Of a stretch of 64,000 bases of DNA, positions 10,287-19,236 are shown piece by piece. Each line of letters opens with the position of its first letter. Within the stretch, counting starts at the first letter, position 1. The notes below the pieces were generated by a model. The model was not told the origin of the DNA. It worked only from the letters and a program-made list of their open reading frames with translations, and ran no database searches. The stretch is taken from assembly GCA_964518955.1 (NCBI GenBank), contig CAZFHS010000021.1, forward strand, positions 31,058-95,057. The letters are read 5' to 3'. The position numbers were made by a program, and so were the translations under genes. Source of the DNA: an uncultured Gemmatimonadaceae bacterium (GTDB lineage: Bacteria; Gemmatimonadota; Gemmatimonadetes; Gemmatimonadales; GWC2-71-9).

Positions 10287-10838
10287 ATGCATGAGATGAG
10301 CCTGGTTGCAATTGACGACGTCGCCATACAGCGGGCCAAAGCGGGAGATCTATCCGCGCTGGAGAGGGTGTACCGCGCATACGAGGGGCTGGTGTACTCG
10401 CTGGCGCGACGAATCTGCCGAACGGCAGAAGATGCGGAGGACGTGCTGCAGGAGACGTTTTTTGAGGTCTGCCGCAGCATGAAAGGGTTTCGAGGCACAG
10501 GTCCGGGGAGCATGACAGCCTGGATCAAGCGAGTAGCGGCGAGCAAGGCACTGATGAAGATCCGCTACGAGAAGTACCGGACGACTGATGAGTTGCGGGA
10601 GGATGCGGCCTGGGTAGGTGGACGAGATGGGGATGCGGGCCTGCGTGTCGATTTGGAGACCGCTATGACGAGGCTTTCGGATACGGCGCGAGCAGTTGTC
10701 TGGCTACACGATGTTGAGGGCTACAAGCACGAGGAGATAGCCGAGCTGATGGACAGAACCGTGAGTTTCTCAAAATCCCAGTTGTCGCGTGCACATATGC
10801 GGCTGAGGGACATGCTCGGCGAGGAGGCGCAATGTTGA
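10287..10838 (+). CDS. ECF-type RNA polymerase sigma-70 factor
   Basis: DAEDVLQETFFEV, AWIKRVA (region 2); VVWLHDVEGYKHEEIAELM...SKSQLSRA (region 4); start re-called. Confidence 0.92.
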   Translation: MHEMSLVAIDDVAIQRAKAGDLSALERVYRAYEGLVYSLARRICRTAEDAEDVLQETFFEVCRSMKGFRGTGPGSMTAWIKRVAASKALMKIRYEKYRTTDELREDAAWVGGRDGDAGLRVDLETAMTRLSDTARAVVWLHDVEGYKHEEIAELMDRTVSFSKSQLSRAHMRLRDMLGEEAQC

Positions 10839-11419
10839 GACATTGCTCGATTGAAGAGTTGTTGGAAGTACGAAACGGCGAAGGGTCGGTCGGCACGAAG
10901 ATCCATGTTGACGAGTGTGAGGAATGTCGGGACGAGCTCGACCGTCTGCACCAGCGCGTCGCATCGCTGAAAGCACTGCCGAGCCTGAACGCTCCAAGAG
11001 ACCGCTGGCCGCTCGTGCGGGAACAAATAGTAGCAGGGCGACAGCGCGTCTGGTGGACGAGGATGGGCTGGGCCGCCGCCGCAGCGATCGCGCTGGCTCT
11101 GGGAGCCAACGGCTTGGTACCCTGGCCCGCGGCCGAACCTGAGCCTGAGGTCGAGCTTCGGACGCTCGTGGCTCAGTCGGCGCATCTAGACAGCATGCTC
11201 AAGTCTATTGAAAAAAGGTCACGAGTAGTAAACGGGCTAACAGCAGTTGCGATCGCGGACCTCGAAGACAGGATCATCATTCTCGACTCGCGACTTTCGT
11301 CGGCTCGGCGATTCACGATATCGGAAGCGGAACTACGGGAAATGCTGGAACAACGGGTGTTGCTCATGGATGCTCTGGTAAACACACACCGAAAAAGAAC
11401 GGTAAACGTGGGATTCTGA
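10832..11419 (+). CDS. Zinc-binding (ZAS) transmembrane anti-sigma factor
   Basis: HVDECEEC = H-x3-C-x2-C, one TM helix, overlaps the sigma stop. Confidence 0.75.
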   Translation: MLRHCSIEELLEVRNGEGSVGTKIHVDECEECRDELDRLHQRVASLKALPSLNAPRDRWPLVREQIVAGRQRVWWTRMGWAAAAAIALALGANGLVPWPAAEPEPEVELRTLVAQSAHLDSMLKSIEKRSRVVNGLTAVAIADLEDRIIILDSRLSSARRFTISEAELREMLEQRVLLMDALVNTHRKRTVNVGF

Positions 11420-11459
11420 TATACAGCCGCTAACGGCTGGTTACTGAAGGGATAGGAAC

Positions 11460-12527
11460 ATGAAATGGACTAACAGACGGGTTTTGATCGCGGTGTGTTT
11501 TCTCGCCGCAGGCGGAGTGAGTTTTGCCGGGGCGCAGAATAGGGAGGAGCGGGCACGACAACGGATGCAGCAAGCCGAAGCGAGAGCTCAAGCAGCACAG
11601 CGGGAACTCGAGCACGCCCTGCAGCTGCTTGCCGAGGCTGAGAACGACGAGGAGGCTCGCGAACGGCTCGACGATGCGATGCGGGAACTGCAGAGGGCAA
11701 GGTCCCGACTGGGCAACGATCGAGGCATCGTCATGGGGCTCTCTTCCCCGGACAACTTGTACTTCAGCTCAGGTTCATCGCGCCGCGGCGGTCCGCAAAT
11801 GGGCGTATATCTCAACACCGAGCGGAGGCCAGCCACCGATTCTATAGGTGTCGTGCTCAACAGCGTGACCGACGACGGTCCGGCCCACGAAGCGGGGTTG
11901 AGGGATGGCGACATAATAACCGTGGCAAACGGTGAATCTCTCTCGCGCACCGGACGAGGTGGGACATCTCCCGCCAATAAGCTGATCCGCATCAAGGATG
12001 ACTTGGATGAGGGTGACACTCTCAGCGTGGAGTACAGGCGTGGGGCGACTACGCACTCGGCCGACATTGAGCTGCGTTACCTCGACAACTTCGCTTTCGC
12101 GCTCGGCAACTACGGCAGAGCTGTTGAACTAGCGGTGCCGGAAGTAACCGTCTTCGACGAGGATCGCCGTGGATTCAGTTTGGCAACCACGTTTTCGGGG
12201 CAACTATCGCTCCTGGGCATGCTCGACGTCGAGTTGATCGAGCTGGACCCCGAGCTTGGCTGGTATTTCGGTGTCGACGAGGGGTTGCTCGTGGTGCGTG
12301 CGCCCGATGACGATAGCGATCTGGACTTGCGCAGCGGTGATGTGATCGTGAGCGTCGACGGCCGTCAGCCTGCGAGTCAATCGCAGTTGATGCGCATATT
12401 GCGGTCGTATGAGGAAGGTGAGACCATGCAATTCTCGATCATGCGGCAGCGAGAATCGATGACGATTGAGGTGACCGTTCCCGAGCGTGATTCCAACGTG
12501 TTTTGGCGCAGGAACGGGAGATTTTAG
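11460..12527 (+). CDS. Exported tandem-PDZ protein with coiled coil and no protease domain
   Basis: Signal peptide; GPAHEAGLRDGDIITVANG and DLRSGDVIVSVDGR PDZ motifs. Confidence 0.85.
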   Translation: MKWTNRRVLIAVCFLAAGGVSFAGAQNREERARQRMQQAEARAQAAQRELEHALQLLAEAENDEEARERLDDAMRELQRARSRLGNDRGIVMGLSSPDNLYFSSGSSRRGGPQMGVYLNTERRPATDSIGVVLNSVTDDGPAHEAGLRDGDIITVANGESLSRTGRGGTSPANKLIRIKDDLDEGDTLSVEYRRGATTHSADIELRYLDNFAFALGNYGRAVELAVPEVTVFDEDRRGFSLATTFSGQLSLLGMLDVELIELDPELGWYFGVDEGLLVVRAPDDDSDLDLRSGDVIVSVDGRQPASQSQLMRILRSYEEGETMQFSIMRQRESMTIEVTVPERDSNVFWRRNGRF

Positions 12528-12560
12528 ACGGGGAGTGGAGAGTGCATGACGTCATGGTGA

Positions 12561-12614
12561 CGTGCAGCGACTAACGAGCAACGGTCTCTCATTTAGGAGG
12601 CCGTTGTTCGCTGC
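12561..12614. repeat. REP-like palindromic element, copy 2
   Basis: CGTGCAGCGA-N8-CAACGGTCTC-tcatttaggagg-CCGTTGTTCGCTGC; matches 1258-1302; lies between convergent genes. Confidence 0.75.
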
Positions 12615-12665
12615 TCGTTGTTTCCTGCTCGCCGCATCACCGCGATTCTTTGCTCTCCATTCATC

Positions 12666-15416
12666 TCACCGCCCCGGCCCAAACAGGATCGCGTTGGTGA
12701 GCAACCGTGCCGGTCCTCTCCAGAACCCTCTAAACAAGATGTCGTCAGCAAACATCACCACGTTGCCTCTGCCCTGACGCTCGGCTGCCGCCCATACTGC
12801 GCCATTCAACAGGCGCTCGGTGTTGTCGGGCCATGCGAATCCAGCGAGCAGGGTTTCGTCGCCCACGAAAGAGACCGGGTTGTCACCTCGCTCCGACGGT
12901 TTGAGCATTGTGCCGCCGCGCATCATCACTGCTAGCGATGGACTCTCGTAACCCATGGTCAACCAGTGGCTGAGGTCCAGCGTTGCCTTGAAAATCGAGC
13001 CAGGTAGGCGTTCGGGTCCGTCTCCACCGGCCGTAGGAGAAACCAGGGGAGGGGTGAGGCTGGGGTCGCTTTCTAGTGAGTCGTTCGCCTCGCCGCCTTC
13101 ATCTTCATTGTCACCCAAGGCAGCAACCGAGCTCAGGCCAACATCGTCGTGGCCGGGAAAGAGTGCGGCGCTACCGTACGTAATCAACGCCCCGCCATCG
13201 CGCACCCACTGGGTGAGACGATCGATCCCGCCACTTCCCAACGCACGCCGAATTGAACCGGAACTTCCGCTGGGGATGATCAAGACGTTGTAGTCGTTCA
13301 GGGTTGCCATTCCGCCCAGCGACGTGAGCGATACCGGGACGAACGGATGCCTGAGTTCCGTATCGAGGAAATGCCACAGAGCTCCGTAGCTCGTCACACT
13401 CACCTCGTTGCCAGCCGCAACAAGAACTCGGGGCTCGAATACAGGACGTACTCGGCCAGAGCCGGTACCGATGCGCCCCACCGATGGAAACGCCGAATTC
13501 GCTGCATCGACCTGGATGCCGATCTCAGCTGCCAGAGCAGGAAGTCTATCGTGAAGCGACTCTGGGCTGCGCGACGTGCGTATTACGAAGGTGCCGCGAG
13601 GGTAGTCTACTCCGTCAGCGCTGAGTGGCTCGGTCGCCACATTCACCACATACCCTTCGCGCAACAGAACCATCGCCAACTCTGCGGCGGCTTGGCGATC
13701 GTTGCGGAACAGGTATGCCGAGCGGGCACGGCCAGATACCGCTCCAGCTGATGCTAGGGCGCGCACCGGATCTCTGTCGCTCTCGAGAGTCAGTAGGTCG
13801 CCACCTACTGGCGCGAGGTCTTCTGTCCAATAGGCATCAACCCCCATCGTGTATGGCAGCGACCACGCTGTCACGTCGTAGAATTCGTACCGGTCGCCCG
13901 AAGCATTGTCACCGCGACGCTTGTTGCGCTCGAACTTCTCGAGTTGTCGCTGTACGAACTCCGGATCCATCTCCGCATTCGGCTCGAGCAACGCCCTGGC
14001 GGCTCGCGCTTGCGGTTGGTTGAGATCGACCACAAATGCACCTGGCGCGAATGTTTGCCGGGACGCTGCTGCGTTCGGGCCGTCCATGTAGTCGTGCGCT
14101 GCGTTAGATCTGTACGGTTCGGTCAGTTGTCTGATTTCGATGTCATGACGTAAGAGGATACTTGCAAGGCGCGCTGCGTTTGTATGATCTCGGCCTGGCC
14201 GAATGACCACACGCTTCATCTGCGCTGACTCGCCTTCGGCCGCGCCGCTCACGCGAAAATCGTAGTAGTCGAGAAGCCGTTCCTCGCGATTCGCTGCAGC
14301 GGTCTCGACCGTGGCAAGAGATGCGACGAAGTGGTGGGCTATGCCGTCGGCAAACGTGATGACCGTACCGTCGCCACGCCGCCGCATGAGGTCTGGTCCG
14401 CCGTCGGTCTCGTAGGTCATTCCAGTGGCGCCGTGTAACGAAGGGGCGACATCGAAGTACCCGGCGTAGAACAGATCGAATGTCTCACGTGTGAAGTACT
14501 GCCAGCCGTAGCGGTCGAATGCCGCGGCGTTGCCTTCGCCGATAGTCTCATACCAACGAGCCGTGCGCTCGGGGATGTTCATGTTCACCGGCTGCGCTGG
14601 TGGGGCAAAGAAGTACTGTTCGGTTGTGCTGTGAAGGTCGACGTATATCTGTGGGCGCCACCGTACCACCGCGCCGAGTATTGCGCGAGTGGGAGCTTGT
14701 GACACCGCTATCAGGTCACGATTCATGTCGAATCTGTAGTGACCGTATCGCCCCGCAATACTCCATGGCGCCCTCGAGTCGAACGAATAGGGCTCGTCTG
14801 TTCCCACCGACACCGAGTTGTACCACGCCGCAAATCGCTCGTGGCCGTCGGGGTTCGCCGATGGTACCATCACGATCACCGCGTTGCGCAGCATGTCGAG
14901 TGTCGCTGGTTCGTCCGAAGCCAGGAACTGATAGGCTACCCACATAGACGCTTCCAGGCCGGCCGACTCATTGCCGTGGACCGAGTAGGAGAGCATCACC
15001 ACTAGGGGAGAACGCTCTGCTATCTCCGCTGCATCGGCGTCGCTCGTTACACGAGGATCGGCGAGAGAGTTGACGTCGGATCTGATCTCATCTAGTCGCG
15101 CGATGTTCTCAGGTGCGGAAAAGATCAGAGTGCGCATCAAACGGCCCTCTTCTGTGGTGCCGATAACATCGGTGCGTACTCGGTCCGGAGCCGCGGCCAT
15201 CATGCGGTCAAACACGTCTTGAAGCTCGGCGTATTGGGTTTGCCGCTCCCCAGCCGAATAACCGAGTATATCGTCAGGGCGAGGCACACCGTCGTGATAC
15301 GGCCCTCGGTCGAAGAAGCTGAAACTCTCCTGAGCGAGTACAGCGGGCGTTGCCAAACCGGTGAGCAATGCCAACAGCGCCAGGGATCTGCCTATTGAAC
15401 TTCTCATGGTGATCAT
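12666..15416 (-). CDS. Secreted M14 family zinc carboxypeptidase with C-terminal GATase-like domain
   Basis: SVHGNE, NPDG, DMNRD, VDLH motifs; signal peptide; start re-called to 15416 (or 15407). Confidence 0.9.
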   Translation of the reverse strand: MITMRSSIGRSLALLALLTGLATPAVLAQESFSFFDRGPYHDGVPRPDDILGYSAGERQTQYAELQDVFDRMMAAAPDRVRTDVIGTTEEGRLMRTLIFSAPENIARLDEIRSDVNSLADPRVTSDADAAEIAERSPLVVMLSYSVHGNESAGLEASMWVAYQFLASDEPATLDMLRNAVIVMVPSANPDGHERFAAWYNSVSVGTDEPYSFDSRAPWSIAGRYGHYRFDMNRDLIAVSQAPTRAILGAVVRWRPQIYVDLHSTTEQYFFAPPAQPVNMNIPERTARWYETIGEGNAAAFDRYGWQYFTRETFDLFYAGYFDVAPSLHGATGMTYETDGGPDLMRRRGDGTVITFADGIAHHFVASLATVETAAANREERLLDYYDFRVSGAAEGESAQMKRVVIRPGRDHTNAARLASILLRHDIEIRQLTEPYRSNAAHDYMDGPNAAASRQTFAPGAFVVDLNQPQARAARALLEPNAEMDPEFVQRQLEKFERNKRRGDNASGDRYEFYDVTAWSLPYTMGVDAYWTEDLAPVGGDLLTLESDRDPVRALASAGAVSGRARSAYLFRNDRQAAAELAMVLLREGYVVNVATEPLSADGVDYPRGTFVIRTSRSPESLHDRLPALAAEIGIQVDAANSAFPSVGRIGTGSGRVRPVFEPRVLVAAGNEVSVTSYGALWHFLDTELRHPFVPVSLTSLGGMATLNDYNVLIIPSGSSGSIRRALGSGGIDRLTQWVRDGGALITYGSAALFPGHDDVGLSSVAALGDNEDEGGEANDSLESDPSLTPPLVSPTAGGDGPERLPGSIFKATLDLSHWLTMGYESPSLAVMMRGGTMLKPSERGDNPVSFVGDETLLAGFAWPDNTERLLNGAVWAAAERQGRGNVVMFADDILFRGFWRGPARLLTNAILFGPGR

Positions 15417-15664
15417 CGTTGTCTTCCCGTTGAGTGCGCCACGAAGGTAAGTGACGGTGCACCTTTTTGGCAGGATCTTCTTTTCGATGATCTTCATCGC
15501 AAGCGGAGTCGGGCACCTAGTGCAACTCGAGGCCACTGTAGCATACGCACAGAGTAAGGAGCTTCCGGCGCCAGGTTGATGGTGGCCGTGGAGCCTCGGA
15601 GGCTGACGGGCGGGTAGAGCGTCTCGGCACAATCATCAGACAGTAGGACGATTGACTGCTAACC

Positions 15665-15700
15665 CACGATATGTTACGATATATCGTACGTAATATCGTG
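15665..15700. promoter_or_regulatory. Nested palindromic operator upstream of padR
   Basis: Perfect 14-bp palindrome TACGATATATCGTA (15675-15688) flanked by CACGATAT...ATATCGTG. Confidence 0.65.
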
Positions 15701-15743
15701 ACATGTCGTAGTTGGCGTTGTTTTCGGCTTGCAGGAGGTTCAA

Positions 15744-16289
15744 ATGGGACGTCGAGATTGGGATTTCGATGGTGCACCCTGGGATTGGTGGATGGGGGGG
15801 AGAGGACGCCATCGCCGCAGTCGCCGAGGCAGGTGGTTTGGATCTGGTGATATGAAGTACGTGATCCTGAAGCTGCTCAGAGACAATCCCATGCACGGCT
15901 ACGAGGTGATGAAAGCGCTGGAGGATCACACTCATGGCTGCTACAAGCCTTCTCCAGGCACAGTCTACCCGACCCTCCAGTGGCTCGAGGACGAGGGTTT
16001 GGTGAGCAGTGAAGAAGTGGACGGCAAGAAAGTGTATTCGATCACGGAGGACGGCGAGAGCTTTTTGAAGGACAACAAAACCACGGTAGACGAAATATTC
16101 GACAGGGTTGAGGAGACTATCGACGGTTTTCTGGATGATCCGATGCCTGACGTAACACGGCTTGTCGGAAAACTCGTGAGTCAGGCGTACCGTACTACTT
16201 GGAAGGTCCGCGGGGATTCGAAGAAGATGGAGAATGTCGTCGATATTCTGAGTCGCGCGACTGATGAGCTCAGAGAAATGAGATCCTAA
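15744..16289 (+). CDS. PadR family transcriptional regulator
   Basis: ILKLL...PMHGYEVMK...PSPGTVYPTLQWLEDEGLV...KKVYSITEDG; GGAGG RBS. Confidence 0.93.
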   Translation: MGRRDWDFDGAPWDWWMGGRGRHRRSRRGRWFGSGDMKYVILKLLRDNPMHGYEVMKALEDHTHGCYKPSPGTVYPTLQWLEDEGLVSSEEVDGKKVYSITEDGESFLKDNKTTVDEIFDRVEETIDGFLDDPMPDVTRLVGKLVSQAYRTTWKVRGDSKKMENVVDILSRATDELREMRS

Positions 16290-16303
16290 CGGAGGTCACG
16301 AAC

Positions 16304-16618
16304 TCAGGAGTACTCGATGAATTCGATCGGTGCTCCGTTGTCCACGATGAATGCAACCATCACGCCCTCCGAGGGGCTGTTGGGCTCAATGAGCACTTCC
16401 TTGTTCTGGAGTGCAGCGTCGAGGTCGTCCACCCGAAACGCCACGTGCGGCACCGTCCTTACGAGCTCAGGCAGCGGGCTGTCGGGTTCGAACCGCAGCC
16501 ATTCGACTCCGTAAGGGTTCGTGTCGTATGGTGTGACAAACATTCCGAAGGCTTCCAGATAGTACTCACCTTCGTGGCTCGTTTCGGTCGGAATGCCTAC
16601 GTGGTGGTATTCAAGCAA
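16304..16618 (-). CDS. Small VOC/glyoxalase-like protein
   Basis: YHHVGIP, HVAFRVDDLD, VAFI...IEFIE metal-ligand pattern. Confidence 0.7.
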   Translation of the reverse strand: MLEYHHVGIPTETSHEGEYYLEAFGMFVTPYDTNPYGVEWLRFEPDSPLPELVRTVPHVAFRVDDLDAALQNKEVLIEPNSPSEGVMVAFIVDNGAPIEFIEYS

Positions 16619-16833
16619 CGGTACGTCCTCTCGTAATCAGGCTGTTCTCTGCAGTCCAACGTTCAAATGTAGAGCCACACGCCCCAGCACCGCTGCCCCT
16701 CTGCGCTATCTCGGCCGCAATACTGCGGCTGCAGTCTTGCGGACGCAGTCTTGCGATTGGGGGGGTCCCTCGCGAGCTTTCGCGAGCGAAGAGGAGAAGT
16801 AATCGCTCGATTTGTTCACTAGGAGGGAGTCCG

Positions 16834-17292
16834 ATGCGCGTTGCAGTGTTATTGACCGCTATGGTGTTCGTGGCATGCGCCGCCCCGGTTGTAGAAGAAG
16901 ACGAACGCGAAGAGAAAGAAGTAATTCAGATGCCGGGTTCGCTCGAGGGCCTGCCCTTTTCCTCTGCCGTTCGCGTGGACGACATACTCTTTCTATCCGG
17001 ACAGATTGGGACGCTCCCTGGCACGCGCGACCTAGCGCCCGGCGGAGTGACCGCGGAAGCTCGGCAAACGCTCGAGAACATCAAAGCCGTGCTGGAGTAT
17101 TCGGGCAGTTCGATGGAACGAGTGGTGAAATGCACGGTGTTCCTACTGGACATCAATGACTACGCAGCGGTGAACGAAGTGTACGCAACGTACTTCACGG
17201 AGAATCCACCTGCCCGGTCGGCGTTGGCTGCTACCGGCCTCGCCCTCGGTTCGCAAGTCGAGATCGAGTGTATTGCTCTGGCAGGCCGATGA
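16834..17292 (+). CDS. RidA/YjgF family protein with predicted lipoprotein signal
   Basis: PFSSAV, LFLSGQIG, VVKCTVFL, NEVYATYF..PPARS, VEIECIA; N-terminal hydrophobic stretch ending FVAC. Confidence 0.9.
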   Translation: MRVAVLLTAMVFVACAAPVVEEDEREEKEVIQMPGSLEGLPFSSAVRVDDILFLSGQIGTLPGTRDLAPGGVTAEARQTLENIKAVLEYSGSSMERVVKCTVFLLDINDYAAVNEVYATYFTENPPARSALAATGLALGSQVEIECIALAGR

Positions 17293-17798
17293 AAGTCACA
17301 CGTCAGCTGGAGAGCCTCGAGTCGACTGTATTAGATCCGTTGGTCGATATCAGCGCTTCGGAGTGGACCGTTGCTCGCGAAGGCAAATGGAGCATCGCCC
17401 AGATTGTCGAGCATCTGGCCATCGTGTTCGACATAGTTGCAACCGGGTTTGCGGCGCTTCCCGAGGAGGAGCCGAAAGAGCGGGAAGCGACGCCGGCGCA
17501 GGCGGTATTGCGCCATACGCTGCTTGGTAGTGGAGAGCTACCGAAGGGTATGAGGGCTCCCGACATTTCCCATCCGAGCGATGATCCAGATCCCGAATTG
17601 GTGGTTGCGCGGTTCAGGATGGGCATCGAACAGACGCGAACCCTAGTCGAGGACTGGGCCGAAGAACGGCAGCTGTCGACCTTCTTGCGGCACCCGGTGT
17701 TGGGCGACCTGAATCTCCCGGAGTGGGTGCGGTTTCACTTCGTCCATTGCACGCTACACGCGCGGCAAATAGAAAAGCGGTTGGCTGATCTGCACTAA
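17289..17798 (+). CDS. DinB family protein
   Basis: GKWSIAQIVEHL, HPVLGDLN..EWVRFHFVHCTLHARQI. Confidence 0.85.
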   Translation: MKVTRQLESLESTVLDPLVDISASEWTVAREGKWSIAQIVEHLAIVFDIVATGFAALPEEEPKEREATPAQAVLRHTLLGSGELPKGMRAPDISHPSDDPDPELVVARFRMGIEQTRTLVEDWAEERQLSTFLRHPVLGDLNLPEWVRFHFVHCTLHARQIEKRLADLH

Positions 17799-17800
17799 GG

Positions 17801-17824
17801 GGCGGCAAGGCGGACAGGCGGTAG
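17801..17824 (+). repeat. GGCGGnnn octamer array
   Basis: GGCGGCAA-GGCGGACA-GGCGGTAG between convergent dinB and thrB; same units as at 29154-29264. Confidence 0.55.
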
Positions 17825-17856
17825 GACGAAGAGTGCGATGGCGCCGCGTGCTTCCT

Positions 17857-18729
17857 CTATGCCAATACTTCCAGCCCCGTTTCGACCACATCAGGGCTCT
17901 TGGACTCAGCTGGGTTCCCCATCGAAGTCAGCGTTTGCGCGATGGCTTCGGCGACTAGCGCCGCGCTTTCTTTAGCACAGATCGCAACTAGCGTCGATCC
18001 CGCTCCCGATATTGTCACGCCGTAAGCTCCGGCGTCGATCCCGGCCTGCACCGCTTCGTCATAACCAACAATCAGCGACTTCCTCACGGGTACGGCGATG
18101 TGGTCGGTCATGCCGTGGCCGATGAGGTCTCCGTCGCCTGTGGTGAGTCCAAGGAGCAATGCCGCAGAGCTCGAGGCCTGCCCTATGGAATCCCTGCGCG
18201 GTAATTGGGCTGGAATGAGGCTCCGAGCTTGATGTGTGCTAATCTCCTGATCCGGGATCGCCAATGCGACACCCAGACTCTGGTGGAACTCGAGTCGTTT
18301 GGGGATTCCCGCGTGGAGGAACAGGCCGCCATAGACGGCCGGCCCCGCATTGTCCGGGTGGCCCTCCAGCTTGGCTGCTCGGTCGAACACCCTCTCCCTG
18401 TCGAGATCTCCCGTTGTCAAAAGGCGGGCGAGCGCGAACCCCGCGACGATTGCCGCAGCCGACGATCCGAGGCCGCGACTCAGCGGGATTCCCGAGGTGA
18501 CCTCTAGGTGATACCCGGCCGACATGGACTCGCCGAGCGCATGGGTGGTGAAGTCTTCCGTAGGATCGAAACCGGTGAGGGTCCCAGCGTATTCTGGTGG
18601 TCCCTCACCCTCTACTATCCGCGCACCTAGCCAAATGTCGAGGGCCAGCCCAAGGCAATCGAACCCTGCACCGAGGTTTGAAGTCGAAGACGGCACGCGA
18701 ACGTCTGGGAGAATCTCTGAATTGTTCAC
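17857..18729 (-). CDS. thrB: Homoserine kinase
   Basis: VRVPSSTSNLGAGFDCLGLAL, IPLSRGLGSSAAA, EGHPDN, ISGAGST. Confidence 0.92.
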   Translation of the reverse strand: MNNSEILPDVRVPSSTSNLGAGFDCLGLALDIWLGARIVEGEGPPEYAGTLTGFDPTEDFTTHALGESMSAGYHLEVTSGIPLSRGLGSSAAAIVAGFALARLLTTGDLDRERVFDRAAKLEGHPDNAGPAVYGGLFLHAGIPKRLEFHQSLGVALAIPDQEISTHQARSLIPAQLPRRDSIGQASSSAALLLGLTTGDGDLIGHGMTDHIAVPVRKSLIVGYDEAVQAGIDAGAYGVTISGAGSTLVAICAKESAALVAEAIAQTLTSMGNPAESKSPDVVETGLEVLA

Positions 18730-18761
18730 AGCCGAAATCTGTCACCACATCTTGGAACAGC

Positions 18762-18785
18762 AAAGCCCCGCATTGGCGGGGCTTT
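18762..18785. terminator. Intrinsic terminator-like hairpin
   Basis: AAAGCCCCGC-attg-GCGGGGCTTT, perfect 10-bp stem between the secreted-protein gene and thrB. Confidence 0.75.
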
Positions 18786-18839
18786 GTTAGATGCGCAATG
18801 GTCGTCATCTCTCGACCACTGCGCTCGAGTGGGTGTCCG

Positions 18840-19223
18840 CTAGCTTTCGACCCGCTTCATCGTGAACTCACGTTCGCCTCGGGGGGTCGACATAGTGCCT
18901 GTGATGGTGTCGCCCTCGAGGGTACCGGTGTAGGTCAATTCCATTGAGCGGTTGCCCTGGCCCCTGACCATCGTGAACGTGACAACGTTGCCCTCGACGG
19001 ACCCCGAGCTGATTGGGATTTCACCACCCCTCTGCCCCTCGCTGGTGCCGGTTAGGGTGTTACCATCCTGCTCGAACGTGAATATCGTCGTCATTGTGCC
19101 GCGTGGAGTCTCGTTGGTCATCTCCCACTTTCCGGCGACGTTGGCTGCCTCTTGCGCCTGCAGCGGCAGAGAGACCGCCAACAATGCAAGAACACTCACT
19201 GCAACGCGTGCGATTGCCTTCAT
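18840..19223 (-). CDS. Secreted small beta-strand-rich hypothetical protein
   Basis: Signal peptide; VAGKWEM..., LTGT, GSVEGNVVTF, YTGTLEGDTITGT. Confidence 0.7.
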   Translation of the reverse strand: MKAIARVAVSVLALLAVSLPLQAQEAANVAGKWEMTNETPRGTMTTIFTFEQDGNTLTGTSEGQRGGEIPISSGSVEGNVVTFTMVRGQGNRSMELTYTGTLEGDTITGTMSTPRGEREFTMKRVES

Positions 19224-19236
19224 TCCAACACCTCCT

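Noticed and set aside
15517-15777. 86-aa minus-strand ORF and the N-terminal extension of M14 to 15632
   Set aside because: It overlaps the padR operator and start; the signal peptide and RBS favour an M14 start at about 15416.
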